A stretch of DNA of 64,000 nt from Octopus vulgaris (GCA_951406725.2 OX597838.1:40858001-40922000); one strand, 5' to 3'; shown: positions 26,688-40,112, counted from the stretch's first letter. Notes: generated by a model from the sequence alone, not told the origin. A program made the numbers and translations.

Positions 26688-27877
26688 CACAAACCTATAT
26701 TAGTCTTTACGGCCAAATTGAAAGCCGGGTTGAACCACAAAACTTTCCTGGTCCTAGTTCTTCGTGCAGCATTATTATCAGCATTAAGCTGGTTGAACTG
26801 GATCTTCTCAGAGAATCCACTATTCTTTAATGCGCTATCGTAATAAGGTGCAGCATTATGGAATGCTGCCTCGTCCGAAGAAATTGAAGATATTCTTCTA
26901 CCTACATTGCTGACTAAGTTCCTAAGGATAACTGGTGGATGGTTCGAATCTTTGCTAATATACGATAGCTTTTCATTGGGCTTACGGAAAGGTTTAAATC
27001 TATCCGATCTTACATTAAAATTTACGTCTAAAAAATCTACACTATTCAGGTTAGCATCTATCGTAACCCGTAAGCCCATCCTTTGAAAGAAAGCTATAAG
27101 TTCCTTCCTAAGTCTATCTGATTCATGGCCGTTTAGATTATGCGTGGCCGTCATCCCTATATAAACCTGCATCTATAAAAGGGAATTCTATTTTTAGATT
27201 ATGGAGAATAAAGGCTCCTATGAGCATACATAACTCAGCCCCGTCGTACATCGAAAAGAGAATCCTCAGTCTTCTTAATCCAGGCGGAATCCTCGAAAAA
27301 AAGAAGCGATTTCCTCGCATGCATAATAATATCAATTTCCGAGCTATCGATGTTGACATACTGCTTGACGAAGTCCAATGCCCTTAGGAGCAACGTCCTA
27401 GATATTGACGGGTAAAAGTCAATAATGTTGAATTGTGTGAAACTACAATTATTCTTATAGCTAATACCTTTAAACCACTCTATGACTGACTTACTATTCT
27501 TCCAAATTCTCAAGTCTACTTCACTATCTAACTTAACTAAAATACGGTCCAAAATATTTTTGCTAATAATTCCTATCTCAGTTTTAGCCGGAGTTATCAA
27601 TCTACATTTGGGGTTTCTACTAAAATTGGCTTTATGGTCTTTCAGAGTAATAAAAGCTGGTCGTGGTGAAAGATATTCAATCCTATCGCTAATCTTAAGA
27701 TCGTTAGCTATTCCTCTTGCTTCTAAGTTCACCTCTTTGTATATATTCGTGTTGTCTTTTTTGTATGTGTCTGTGACACTATTCGAAATCAGGCGCTTAT
27801 AAACGTCCTTATCAAGTGCATATAAGTTCCTTGTCTTATCAGAATTAACGAAGATCTTATTCGAGTCGTTAATCTCC

Positions 27878-27881
<4 letters not shown>
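26688..27881 (-). mobile_element. Penelope-like RT fragment (Naiad-like), frameshifted
   Basis: AFITLKDHKANF..NPKCRLITPAKTEIG, QFNIIDFYPSI, GLYRDDG, VDFLDVNFN, KPFRKPNE, SNHPPVIL, RKVLWFNPAFN. Confidence 0.9.
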
Positions 27882-27915
<34 letters not shown>

Positions 27916-27916
<1 letters not shown>

Positions 27917-28245
27917 TTTATTTAAAGCAGCAGAAAATTCAACAAAATCTGTTACTCTGAGTTTCTCGTTGCCGTTCATCAGACAGTTTTTGCTAGAATG
28001 GAACCGATATATCAATTCAATCCAGACTCTTACAAACGCTACATTTTTAAAAATGGACTTGTTTGATTGGCCCTTTAGAAATAACGGTCAATCTTCGAGC
28101 GATAAACAAAAAAATGAGCTCAAATATATATGTGTATATATATATATATATATAAAAATTATAAAAATTATAAAAATTATAAAATTCGAGGAAAAAACTT
28201 TACATTGAATAAAATACATATTGACGTTAATGAAGGAAATATAAT
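27916..28245 (-). repeat. PLE pseudo-LTR copy 2 with type I hammerhead (27949-27986)
   Basis: Same as copy 1 but with a CUGAUGA core. Confidence 0.8.
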
Positions 28246-28510
28246 TAATATAATATAATATATATATATACATATATATAATTCTGAATTCTACATTCTT
28301 TATACCGATCTAGTTCCGAAACGCGTACATGGGTAATCTAATATCGATTGATTTTCGTTATTTTTCCTCTCTGTCTGCGTGGGTTGTTTTCGAGTACTTT
28401 GTTTTTGTCCGGGAGTGTCTTTTTAAAGTAGAGGAAATAGCTAAGGTTCTTTGGCTGCTATTTCTAAACTTCGGTATGTGGTAAAGCAAATCTTTGCTGA
28501 ACCCTAATTG

Positions 28511-28608
<98 letters not shown>

Positions 28609-29512
28609 ATATGTATATATATATATATGAATGTATATATATATATATGTATATATATGTATATATGTGTGTGTGTGTGTGTATATATATACACACACAC
28701 ACCACTTTGTACGTGAATATGTGAAAATCTATGTGTGTGGGACAGGGTTTACCTCCTAACTACTTATTCTAAATGCCTTTTAAAGCATATTAAAAGATAG
28801 CCTGTCATTGATTAAATTTCTATTGTGACGGATTCTAATGTCGAATGAGATCAAATACCTTCTTATAAAAGATAAGGAATTCTTTTGACTCACTCGACCA
28901 GCACAAGAGATGATCCTGCTTTATTATTTTATCACTTTTTTTCTCACTAAATGATTGATTTTATTTTTTATTTCATTTTTCCTCCGTGAAGACAGAATTT
29001 ATGGTTAACTGGACGTGTTAATAGAGAGTAGAATGTTTTTAGACTCCTTTCACATGAGTGGACGAGAAGCACAGGAAATAGTCAGTCTATCACCTCATCG
29101 CATTATTATCACTAAATTCTTAATTTCATTCTTTATTTCATTTTCTTTTTCTCCTTCTTCCTTATAATCAGACCGTGAATATAGAACAGTATTTTGTAGT
29201 TAACTGGAAATGCTTTATTTCTTATTTTTGTTTACCTTTTTTTTTTCGGTTTTCGAATTTTTGTTGATTGTACTTTTTATTTTGCATGTCGCTATACGTA
29301 TGGATTAGTTTTGTCTGTGAATTGCTGAAAATAGTATCCTACTTTTCAGTATTCATTCTTGTACAGAGTCACATGACTTCTTCAAAATACTGACCTGAAG
29401 AGACACATTTAACACACTTGATGGATGATAGTAATTACGCAACATATTAATTACAATCATCTCACCAATGTCCTACGAGTGTCACGATAGGGGAAACCAT
29501 TGTTTGTGTACA

Positions 29513-29547
<35 letters not shown>

Positions 29548-29769
29548 TATGATTTAGTAAGTGGTGTCGATTTTATAATTCTGTATATAATAAAAACATT
29601 TTATAAGCTTAAAGCTTATAAGCGGTCAGTGACTCATATTACATCAATTACTTCTATTTTGATGTTATCACTAATTGCCATCGCCTTGTGTTGAGCTGTG
29701 GTGCTGAAGAACTCATCAAGCACACCTATTTTGCAAATGGAGCCATGAAAGCATTGTTGTATTGCACAT

Positions 29770-31060
29770 TCAGTATTTCACAAACCCTCTGGTGATGGGG
29801 TCTGCAGTTGGAGAGCCATTTTCCTCAAGCAGTGATCCAATCTTGTACCGTACTGAAGCAGATTCATTTGCAAACCTATAGCAGTCTTTAGAATTTGTCC
29901 TTACATTTTTGACAGCCCTGGCTTCCTTCTCTACTCTCTCTTTTTCATGGGACTGTTTGAGTTCATTTTCAATCTTAAGCAATCTTTGTTTGAGATAGGA
30001 TCCTTTGCTATCCTTTACTGGTCCATTTATACGGTTTGAAATTTTTGCTCATCTTCTCCTTAGAATCCTCCCATCACTCAGAATTATATTTTTTCTGTTG
30101 ATTTGACATTCTCTCTGGAGCAAACTTACTTCATGTGTCGTGCATGATTGCCATAAAGTGCTGCAGCTTTGTCAATATCTTGCGTAGAGAGACTGATAGA
30201 CCAATTTTGTTCCATGACTTCTTTCTCCATACCCTTCCAATCAGCTTTATGAAAGTTCATATTGGAGAGGAGTTGGGAGCTTCCAGCAGTCTGTATGTCT
30301 GCAGTTCGTTTTCTGCGGACCATACATTGATAGTTCTATTAAGCTATGGTCCAAGAATATCGTCGGTGTCACCCTAAAATTATATTTTATTATTTCTAAA
30401 GCAGCGGTCCAAGACATTTTCCCCCTTGTTAGGTGGAGCGCTATTTACTTCATGAAGATCATGTTTGTGAGGTCGAGAGAAGATTCTACTTGCCTCTGTT
30501 CAGGCCGACATTAAGGCGGTTGAAATTCCCAGGAAGAAGTATGCGTGAAGGCTGTCATCTTTTGAAGGTCTCTTCAAATGAGTCCCCACGATTTGGAGCA
30601 CCTGGTGGGCGATATGCAGTACATATTACCATTTCCGTTTGTTTAGTGGGTACCACCAGAGTGTTACAGACCGAGAGTATGACAACAGGTCTAAAGGCGT
30701 GACATCCTCCTGGGTGTACACAACAACTCCACCAAGAAACCTTTCTCCTCTCCGAAATACAACAGACTTTGCTATGGACAACTCAGCATCTGATGTGTCA
30801 GCATTTGGATGGGTTTCTGTTAGGGCCATGCATATTGCTTGATTACATGTCACTAAGTCTATTAGATGCTGGGTCTTGCGTCGTTTGGCCGTTACAAGGC
30901 CCCTGATGTTCAGCAGGAATACTGGTGTAATGAACAGGGTGGTGGTAGTGGTCACTGGCCTGTCATATGTAAAAGAGGCCTCCTTGGGACTTCTGTTGTT
31001 TGGGGTGATCTTGAGTGCTGGTAAGTGTTCCTCAAACTCAATGTCTCTGATGAAGCCAGG
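29770..31060 (-). mobile_element. Decayed CR1-group LINE: AP endonuclease and linker
   Basis: LLNIRGL...ALTETH...GGVVVY, YRPP, NFHKADW, EKEARAVKNVRTNSKDCYRFAN. Confidence 0.8.
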
Positions 31061-31091
31061 TCAGCTGCCTTACGATGTTGTGTGCCATTTC

Positions 31092-31137
<46 letters not shown>

Positions 31138-31306
31138 TATATATCTATGTATATATGCACATATATATATCTATGTGTATATATATATATATATATAAAT
31201 ACACACAAATGTACATTTAAACACGCACATATATGTGTGTGTGTGTGTGTATTACATATATATATGCATTTATATATATCTACGTGTATATTATATATAT
31301 ATATGC

Positions 31307-31345
<39 letters not shown>

Positions 31346-31758
31346 TTTATATATATTTATGTGTATATTATATATATATAAATACACACAAATGCACATT
31401 TAAGCACGCACATATATATGCTTGTGTGTGTGTGTGGAGACACTTAGATTATATGTATGTAGACAAGTAGCAATGTATATTTGTATAATTTATAAATATA
31501 CAATTCATTTTTCAGTGTTGACCATATTTCAACTCGTTATGCAATCTCCGTCTGAAATATATTTAAGATCAATAAGCATTACAAAGATGCAGACGATTGC
31601 GGAATCCATACAGACGATGTAACATTTCATTCTTCACCCTCTTTCTACTCAATTGATTGTTCCATCTATTATATTCTATAGTTCCGTCTTTGGTAGTTTG
31701 CTGGCAAATATTGGTTTCTTGGTGCTATTGTATCAGTAATAGGTGTGATGAATTTATG

Positions 31759-31790
<32 letters not shown>

Positions 31791-31999
31791 AATGTTTTTG
31801 TAATGTTTTTTTTGCGACTAAGATAATTCAGACAAACAGGAAACTATAACTATTACAAGCATTTAAATTAGTCAAAATGGAAACCATTGAAATGGCACAA
31901 AAGAATTCGACAGATTGATAATACTTTGGGATAACGTTTCATTCATCTTTTATCGGTCACGAAATAAATCATGAAAACACACGGGTCATGTTTTGATAA

Positions 32000-32194
32000 G
32001 GCCAGTTGGCCTTAATTTCCCTATCTGTGTGTATCGGCATATCCCAGAGTATGGTTGCTTTCTCGTTTTCTGTGACCTTTTCTGGTGTGTGCCTATACCA
32101 TCTTTTTTCTGTTGTTATTCCATAATGTTGGCATAGCTTCCAATGTATGTAGGTTCCAACTCTGTCATGTCTGTGAATATATTCCTTCTTAGCC
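32000..32194 (-). mobile_element. R4/Dong-like LINE fragment (between CCHC and RLE)
   Basis: Minus strand reads AKKEYIHRHDRVGTYIHWKLCQHYGITTEKRWYRHTPEKVTENEKATILWDMPIHTDREIKAN. Confidence 0.85.
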
Positions 32195-32225
<31 letters not shown>

Positions 32226-32235
32226 GATTATTATG

Positions 32236-32289
<54 letters not shown>

Positions 32290-32319
32290 GGTATTATTAT
32301 TATTATTATTATTATTATT

Positions 32320-32838
32320 CTATGTTTGATTTTTGCTTTATATTTGTACAAGTTGGCTCCAAGTCTCACCCAGAGACCTCAAGAGGCAACACGTTGGAAG
32401 TTCGTATTGTTGTTATGCCTAGTGTGCCATATATTCGGTTTTGTATTTAGTGTTGTACTAGTGAATGCCTAAAAAAAAAAAACCAAAGTTATGTTTGTTT
32501 TAAACTTGAGGTTACATAGAAAGTTTTTTGCGTAGGATATGAGCAGTTCTCATGAGCACTATCTTTTGAATTTCTGCCATTTTGGGGTTTCCTAGTATCT
32601 GAGTTAGGTAGCGATCAGCCCCTTTTGCTATCATTCCCAGGGCACCTATGACAACAGGTATTGTTTTAGTCTTCAGCTTCCACATTTTGCTGATTTCTAT
32701 TTCAAGATCTTTATATTTGCTCAGTTTTTGGTAGGTCTTGACAGATACGTTTATGTCGATTGGGACAGTCATATCAATGAGGAGGCATGTTCTTTGTCTG
32801 AAGTCTTTCAATATGATGTCTGGCCTATTTGCCTCTAT
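32320..32838 (-). mobile_element. 5'-truncated Dong/R4-like LINE: RLE domain and 3' UTR, inserted in (TAA)n
   Basis: ANRPDIILKD...LLIDMTVPID..KLSKYKDL...IPVVIGALG...ILRK, stop at 32512; (TAA)n on both sides. Confidence 0.9.
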
Positions 32839-32839
32839 G

Positions 32840-32892
<53 letters not shown>

Positions 32893-33462
32893 CATCATTA
32901 TTATCATTATTATTAATATTATTATGATTATTATTATTATTATTATTATTTTCTTATGCTTTGTAACTGTTTCTCATTTAATTATAAATCCTTTTCAAAA
33001 TCGTGGTAGAAACGAAGTCTTGTCCATGCGACAATTTCACGGAAAGCGTAAATATTTTGATTACATCACCGAGACGCTGGTCAAGTGTGTTTGCCTCAAC
33101 AGTGGACAGGTGAGCGTCGTAACCATCTCAAAAATCATAAACAGACAAACAGACTGATTGATTGATTGATTGATTGATTGATAGGGACCGTTCACACAAG
33201 AAAGGACACAATACATTTCAATATAGATTTGAACACAAAGCGTTCGACTGTTGTAGAATATATTCTAAATCGATAGTTCAAGGTCTATCGATCTCCGAAA
33301 ATTTGAAATATATATAAACAAAAACTGATGTGTTAGATATATTGTTTCAAAGTTGAAGGTTAATACTCCATATACACACACACACAGAGTGGGGATTGCG
33401 TTAAACATATACATAATAAATGTTATATGTGATATTAATTCATACACACACACTGACACTCA

Positions 33463-33512
<50 letters not shown>

Positions 33513-34170
33513 CATACATATGTATGTATCTATGTATGTATGCATGTAAGTATGTATGTATGTATGTATGTATGTGTATATGTATGTATGTATATATGTA
33601 TGTATCTATCTATCTATCTATCTATCTATGTATATATGTATGTATGCATGTAAGTATGTATGTATGTATGTATGTATGTATGTATGTATGCATGTATGCA
33701 TGTATGTATGTGTGTGTGTGTATGTATGTATGTATGTATGTATGTATGTATGTATGTGTGTATGTATGTATGTATGTATGTATTTATGTATGTATGTATA
33801 TATGTATGTTTGTATGTATGCATGTAAGTATGCATGTATGTATGTATATATGTATGTATGTATGTATGTTTGTATGTATGCATGTAAGTATGTATGTATG
33901 TATGTATGAATGTATGCATGAATGTATGTATATATATCAGACACAAAGAAAATATTGCTGTGTGTATAAACAGGAAGAAGTTATATTAAAATTATGTTTC
34001 AGTCCAATTTGTGAATCCATCATTTCGACCCGGCTCCATTCTTCGTGATGCATCGGATTCTTTGATTGCGTTAAATTGTATCCAAGATTAAAATACCATG
34101 CTGCCTTCGATAGCTTCAATATTGTGTGGGCGAACGCCTCTGTGTGTGCGTGTGTGTGTGTGTGTGTTTG

Positions 34171-34800
34171 TGTGTGTTTAAGGTCATGTGTTGTGTGTGT
34201 GTGTTTAAGGTTATGTGTTGTGTGTGTGTGTGTTTAAGGTTATGTGTTGTGTGTGTGTTTAAGGTGATGTGTTGTGTGTGTTTAAGGTTATGTGTTGTGT
34301 GTGTGTGTGTTTAAGGTGATGTGTTATGTGTGTGTGTGTGTTTAAGGTGATGTGTTGTGTGTGTGTGTGTGTGTTTAAGGTTATGTGTTGTGTGTGTGTG
34401 TGTGTGTTTAAGGTTATATGTTGTGTGTGTGTTTAAGGTGATGTGTTGTGTGTGTGTGTGTTTAAGGTTATGTGTTGTGTGTGTGTGTGTGTTTAAGGTG
34501 ATATGTTGTGTGTGTGTTTAAGGTTATATGTTGTGTGTGTGTTTAAGGTGATGTGTTGTGTGTGTGTGTGTTTAAGGTGAGGTGTTGTGTGTGTGTGTGT
34601 TTAAGGTTATGTGTTGTGTGTGTGTGTGTTTAAGGTTATATGTTATGTGTGTGTGTTTAAGGTGATATGTTGTGTGTGTGTGTGTGTGTTTAAGGTTATG
34701 TGTGTGTGTGTGTGTGTTTAAGATTATGTGTTGTGTGTGTTTAAGGTTATGCGTTGTGTGTGTGTGTGTGTTTAAGGTTATGTGTTGTGTGTGTGTGTGC
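34171..34800. repeat. Composite minisatellite, about 22 units of (GT)n + TTAAGGT(T/G)AT(G/A)TGTT
   Basis: Constant core with variable-length GT spacers; counted by eye. Confidence 0.9.
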
Positions 34801-35369
34801 GTTTGAGTAACTCCCTTCTGAAGTTTTCGTTTGCTTGAAAATGCATTTCTATAAATCCAATGTGATCGTGAGCATGAAGATGATAGATAAGGTATAAATA
34901 ACAACATCAACCACAACAAATACAACAATAACAGCAATTTCAAAACGATAATGGATAAGGGCGAGCGTTTGATATATTTATTTTGTGCTGCGTCTCTCCA
35001 GTAATCTGGCTTACTCTAAATGGAAGGAATTCTAGAATAGAATACGCATTCCCACCTAAAGAGAAAGACCGGTTCATATACGCACGTAGCCGTACGTGAA
35101 TAGAGACAGGAAGAGGAGGAGGAGGAGGAGGAGGAGGAGGAGGAGGAGGAGGAAATTAGTAATTGTGTGTGCACGTTAATGTGTGTGTGTAATATGTGTA
35201 TATACTTCTGGAAAAAATTCTCTACCTTTCCAACCATGGCATTCACTTTACTCCCCTGTATCATCTTGTATGTGCAATATATATGTGTGTGTATATATAT
35301 GTATGTGTGTGAGATATATGTATATGCACATATATATATATAAATATGCATATGTTTGTGTGCGTATGT

Positions 35370-35413
<44 letters not shown>

Positions 35414-35732
35414 GTTTGTGTCATATACACATTGTACATACAAGATGACAGAGGATTGTAAAATGAAAGCCACAGTTGGACAGGTAGAAAAACCATCTCC
35501 CAAAATTTTAGGCCATTCACTTCCTTAATAGTTCTTGTTAATATTCCTCCACGCATACATACCCACATACACACAAAGATATCAATGTATGTGCCAAAAT
35601 TACCATGACTAGTTTCTATAGCTGAAGATGGGTTTTCTGCATCCAGTTTCCCGTAACCATCTTTCTATGTTTTACCCTTTGGTTACACACACATAATTAT
35701 ACACACACACACACACAAACACACACATATAC

Positions 35733-35763
<31 letters not shown>

Positions 35764-36806
35764 TGTATGTATGTATATACATGTGTGTATGTCTATGCAC
35801 ATGCACATATACACACACACACATACATGTATGTATGTATATGATCCTGGGAACTATGCGAGCAAAAACAAAAGCTCCTGCTAGGGTGTCCCCTGCTAGG
35901 GTGTCCCCTGCTAGGGTGTCCCCTGCTGGACAGGTTAAACGATAGAGCTCAGGTTAATATGAACAACCTCTCCAGAGATGAAAATAGGTTTGTGTAAGGC
36001 CAACACCCTCAACTAGAAAAAAAGCAAGAATGAAGAAGCATCAATGGAATTCGAAACCTGGAAGTGGAAGGCTTTCCCTTGGGAAAACATACGATGCAGT
36101 ACTGCAAAATCAGAAAGGAAACCAATATCCTGCACTTCCTCAGGCCTTGACTTAGAACTATCAAGGAAGATGAAAGAGAGGACACCTTAAATGTATTTGG
36201 AGACAGGATACTGAGGCAAATCTGAAAATGTGAAATAGGGACTCAAACAGGGATCCCAGAATTGAGGGGAAAAGTTTTCAACTGTAAGAATACTGAAAGA
36301 TGGAATGGATTTAACTCTAGGAAAGAATAATGTTTGCGCCAGAAATGTATTTAATACATTTCTGGCGTAAACATTATTCTTTTTTTTTTCTCTGATGATG
36401 GTGGTGATGGCATTCCTTGGAAGTGAATCGTAACGTTCACATGTACTCTTTGAATGAACTCTTGAAACGACCGTCGGAATACTTCCTTTCCTTTAAATAT
36501 GGTACCAAAAACTCTTCTTAAACATCTATCACTCCATCCATTCCATAATTTATTTTAAAGTTTTAAAAGAAAAGTCTTTCTATATTTCATTATTCTTATC
36601 TATATTTTTATCTATACTCTATTATATTTATATATTTATATATTTATTTGTCCTTGCATATTTTTAACATTCATGTATTTTTTATATCTTAATATTCCGA
36701 ATGTATTAATATATGTTTCAGACAATTCTATCATATCAAATCCGAATATGTATACACCAATCGTAGTCTGCCGGAGTTCAACCTCTTCTCTGTATCTCCT
36801 CTACTT

Positions 36807-36857
<51 letters not shown>

Positions 36858-36865
<8 letters not shown>

Positions 36866-37010
36866 GTAATATGTGACAATTATTCGGTAGCCAAGACAAA
36901 ACTCTGAGTTTCGGATGCCGAGGTGGAAATCCACACCACCGTTATCCGGCCATCGGAAAAACGCTATGAAAAATGACCGTTATACAAAGGGAAATTACTG
37001 TTATTGACCG
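36858..37010 (-). repeat. PLE terminal repeat, inverted copy of 38811-38975, hammerhead core deleted
   Basis: Reverse complement matches 38811-38975 but lacks TGAAGAGAT. Confidence 0.8.
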
Positions 37011-37019
37011 GTATATTGA

Positions 37020-37650
37020 GGTGACCTTCAATATGGGCAAATATTTCTTAGCACTGATAGATAGACATTTTCCAGTCAACCATACTTACAGGAAGCTCTT
37101 CAATAAACACAACTTAAAAATTAGTTTCAGCTCAACTACCAATTTTATAAATATAATTGCACACAACACACAAAAACCACAATACGAAAACAGCTGTTCA
37201 TGCAGAGATAAAAAATTGTGCCCGCTAAATGAATCTTGCATGTCCGAGACCATCATCTACGAAGCTACTATGGACTCTATACCCACTAAAGACGCGGTTT
37301 CGACGAAGAAATACGTCGGCCTTACAGAGGGTATTTTCAAGGCCAGGTTCAATAATCACACCTTGAGCTTTAGGCACTGGGACAAAAGGAAAATGACAAA
37401 ATCATCCAGTCATATATCGTCATTAAAAGATAAAGGTGTCAGTTACAACATCCATAGGAAGATTTTAGCCAAATGTAAGCCCTACACCAACGGCAGCGAA
37501 AAGTGCGGCCTATGCAACATGGAAAGATGGCTTATCTGGAAAAGCAGCTTAGACCCAGCTACATGTCTAAACTCAAGGACAGAACTTTTCGGTTCATGCC
37601 CACAAGTGACCAAATTTTTGTTACGTTTTTGGTCCCCACCAAGACTACAG
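37020..37650 (+). mobile_element. PLE C-terminus: linker, CxCx5Cx5C finger and GIY-YIG endonuclease (Naiad-type)
   Basis: CSCRDKKLCPLNESC, IIYEAT...KYVGLTEGIFKARFNNH, KCGLCNMERWLI, LNSRTELFGSCP; open frame. Confidence 0.9.
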
Positions 37651-37728
37651 ATAGAACTTGCTTTCTATATCGTGTTCACGAAAAAGTTTTTTTTTTATCT
37701 CATTATAACTTTTACTTTTATTTTATTT

Positions 37729-38143
37729 ACTCTTTAATCTTTCTCTTTTACTTGTTTCAGTCATTTGACTGCGGCCATGCTGGAGCACTGCCTTTAGTCG
37801 AGCAAATCGACCCCAGGACTTATTCTTTGGAAGCCCAGTACTTATTCTATCGGTCTCTTTTGCCGAACTGCTACGTGACGGGGACGTAAACACACCAACA
37901 TCGGTTGTCAAGCAATGCTAGGGGGACAAACAAAGACACACAAACATACACACACGCATATATATATACATACATATATACGACGGGCTTCTTTCAGTTT
38001 CCGTCTACCAAATCCACTCACAAGACTTTGGTCGGCCCGAGGCTATAGTAGAAGACACTTGCCCAAGATGCCACGCAGTGGGACTGAACCCGGAACCATG
38101 TGGTTGGTAAGCAAGCTACTTACCACACAGCCACTCCTGCGCC
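37729..38143 (-). mobile_element. SINE family A, full length
   Basis: Very similar to 45289-45720. Confidence 0.92.
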
Positions 38144-38877
38144 TATATTTTTTATACGTATATTATAGAGAATTTTGTTTATAGATATATTTTTTACACA
38201 TAATTTTTTCTGTACTCTACCTTCCACCCTGCATTTTTCCCAGTGCCTATATAGACGTGTATATGGAATCCTTTGTACGCGCGTGTGAATGTGTACGTGT
38301 GTGCGGGTATGTATGTATATAGATGTGTGCGTGTGTGCGGACATACGAGTACATATATATATAGACGTATTTTACTCAATGTTTTTACAATTTTTTCTGT
38401 TTTTTTAGACGTATGTATAATCCTTATTGTGCGTGCGTGTGTGTGTATGCGTATGTAGACCTGTACCGGTATGTCCATATATGTGTGTGTGTGTGTGTGT
38501 GCGTGCAATAAGGGTAAGTTCGTATATGAACGTGTTTTACTCTTTGTATACTTCCTTATGCCTTTTCTCTGTATTGTACCCTTAACCGCGTGTGGTGGGT
38601 GGGGTTGTATGTATATGCATATATATTTGGCGAAAGATGCGAGTGAAGATGTGTACGTTTTTCTAGTGAGGGTGGATGAATGTATGCGTACGCATGTGGG
38701 TGTGCGAGCGCACATGTATACGTATGAACAGGCGCGCTTACGCGTATACTATGAACTTTTTACCCCCTTACCTTAATTAGCGGTCATTCGAATAGCACTT
38801 TTGTCTACATAGCGGTCAATAACACAGTAATTTCCCTTTGTATAACGGTCATTTTTCATAGCGTTTTTCCGATGGCC

Positions 38878-38940
38878 GGATAACTGAAGAGATGATGGTG
38901 TGGATTTCCACCTTAGCATCCGAAACTCAGAGTTTTATCT
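38878..38940 (+). ncRNA. Type I hammerhead ribozyme with extended stem II
   Basis: GGAUAA CUGAAGA GAUG...CAUC C GAAA CUC-A-GAG UU^ UUAUCU. Confidence 0.72.
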
Positions 38941-39032
38941 TGGCTACTAAATAATTGTCACTTATTACATTTACAGATAAATTCCTCTATTTACATAATA
39001 TTGAGGTCTCTTTTGTTATCTTACCGTTTTTA

Positions 39033-39089
<57 letters not shown>

Positions 39090-39732
39090 TGGCTGCAAAC
39101 TCGTGTTCGAGTATTGCTATCGCTTGATCGAAACTCCCTCGCACATGCGAATGCCACGACCAGCCATTTTTGTGATAGGTCTTAATTTTAACCGAGCGAT
39201 GTCCATGCATGAGGATTTTTTTTTTTATTGTGGGGAAAGGATCTGCATAAATCCGATCCTACTCTCTGAACATGAACAACATAAACTCAAAAAGAAGAAC
39301 TAGTCTACATCATTGTATATTGTCAGTGTCGCAGGTTTTCTCTCCTAGATGTTGTGACAACATCAGAGGGGTCTCCCACTCCTAGTGGGCCAACCGCACG
39401 CCTGGACAACAACCCAGGTATTTCCACGTCCCCGCGCATACGCACATGCATACATACACATGTACACATATTGTTGGATAGCCGTTGACTGCTCGTGAGC
39501 TTTTCCGCTCTTTGACAGGTCCTAGTTTTTGTCCTGCAGGGTGTCCAACAATCACCGTCCTCACCAAGCAATCTTGACGGGGTTGCCAGTTTAGTTGCCG
39601 ACGATCCGACCATGTGACAAGTTGTATCAGTAGCGCCCAAGAGCGACCTGATACGCACGCGCACACACACACACACATATATGGCGATTTTTTTCCTCTG
39701 TCTTCCCTTCTCTGGATCTTTCCTTCTCCTAT

Positions 39733-39767
39733 GTTTCCGACGAAGAGCTCCGCTCGAAACGTTAAAC
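39733..39767 (+). ncRNA. Minimal hammerhead-like motif (U4C variant) in a short PLE-type repeat (about 39685-39870)
   Basis: GUUU CCGACGA A GAGC-UCC-GCUC GAAA CG UU^ AAAC. Confidence 0.6.
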
Positions 39768-40112
39768 CCTCCTTCTTTCTTTCTTTCCTGAGCGTCCAAT
39801 AATACTTTATTTGTTCCACGTCCTCGCGTTGTTGTGTTTTTTTGTGTTTTCATGTTTGGATTAACTATTTATGTATATAAATATACGAGCAAAATGCCAC
39901 CTGTCCAATCGACGTTACTGAATTGTCAAACATTAAACCAAATTTTCTCAAGACAACTTGTCCGACCGTCCCATAGGCCTCCCCTTTGAGAAACACTGAT
40001 TTAACCTAAATTTGAGACACCAGCAAAAGAAGAAATAAAAATAGACTTATTTTCTATTCCAAAGAAAAACGATTTTATTCACACAAATATGCAAGCGAAG
40101 AGTTTTAAAGTA

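Noticed and set aside
34171-34800. CRISPR-like repeat/spacer pattern
   Set aside because: Spacers are only (GT)n, the context is eukaryotic and there are no cas genes.
35878-35927. 15-bp unit CTGCTAGGGTGTCCC repeated three times
   Set aside because: Simple slippage duplication within a decayed repeat; no sign of function.
36392-36482. Hammerhead from CTGATGA (36392) and GAAACGACCGTC
   Set aside because: Stems I and II cannot be formed; at most a decayed remnant. The same applies to partial motifs near 10145-10180, 12780-12810, 28315-28332 and 55520-55565.
39370-39650. HDV-like ribozyme in a GC-rich RTE/SINE-like segment
   Set aside because: Hairpins exist but the nested double pseudoknot and the catalytic J4/2 strand could not be assigned.
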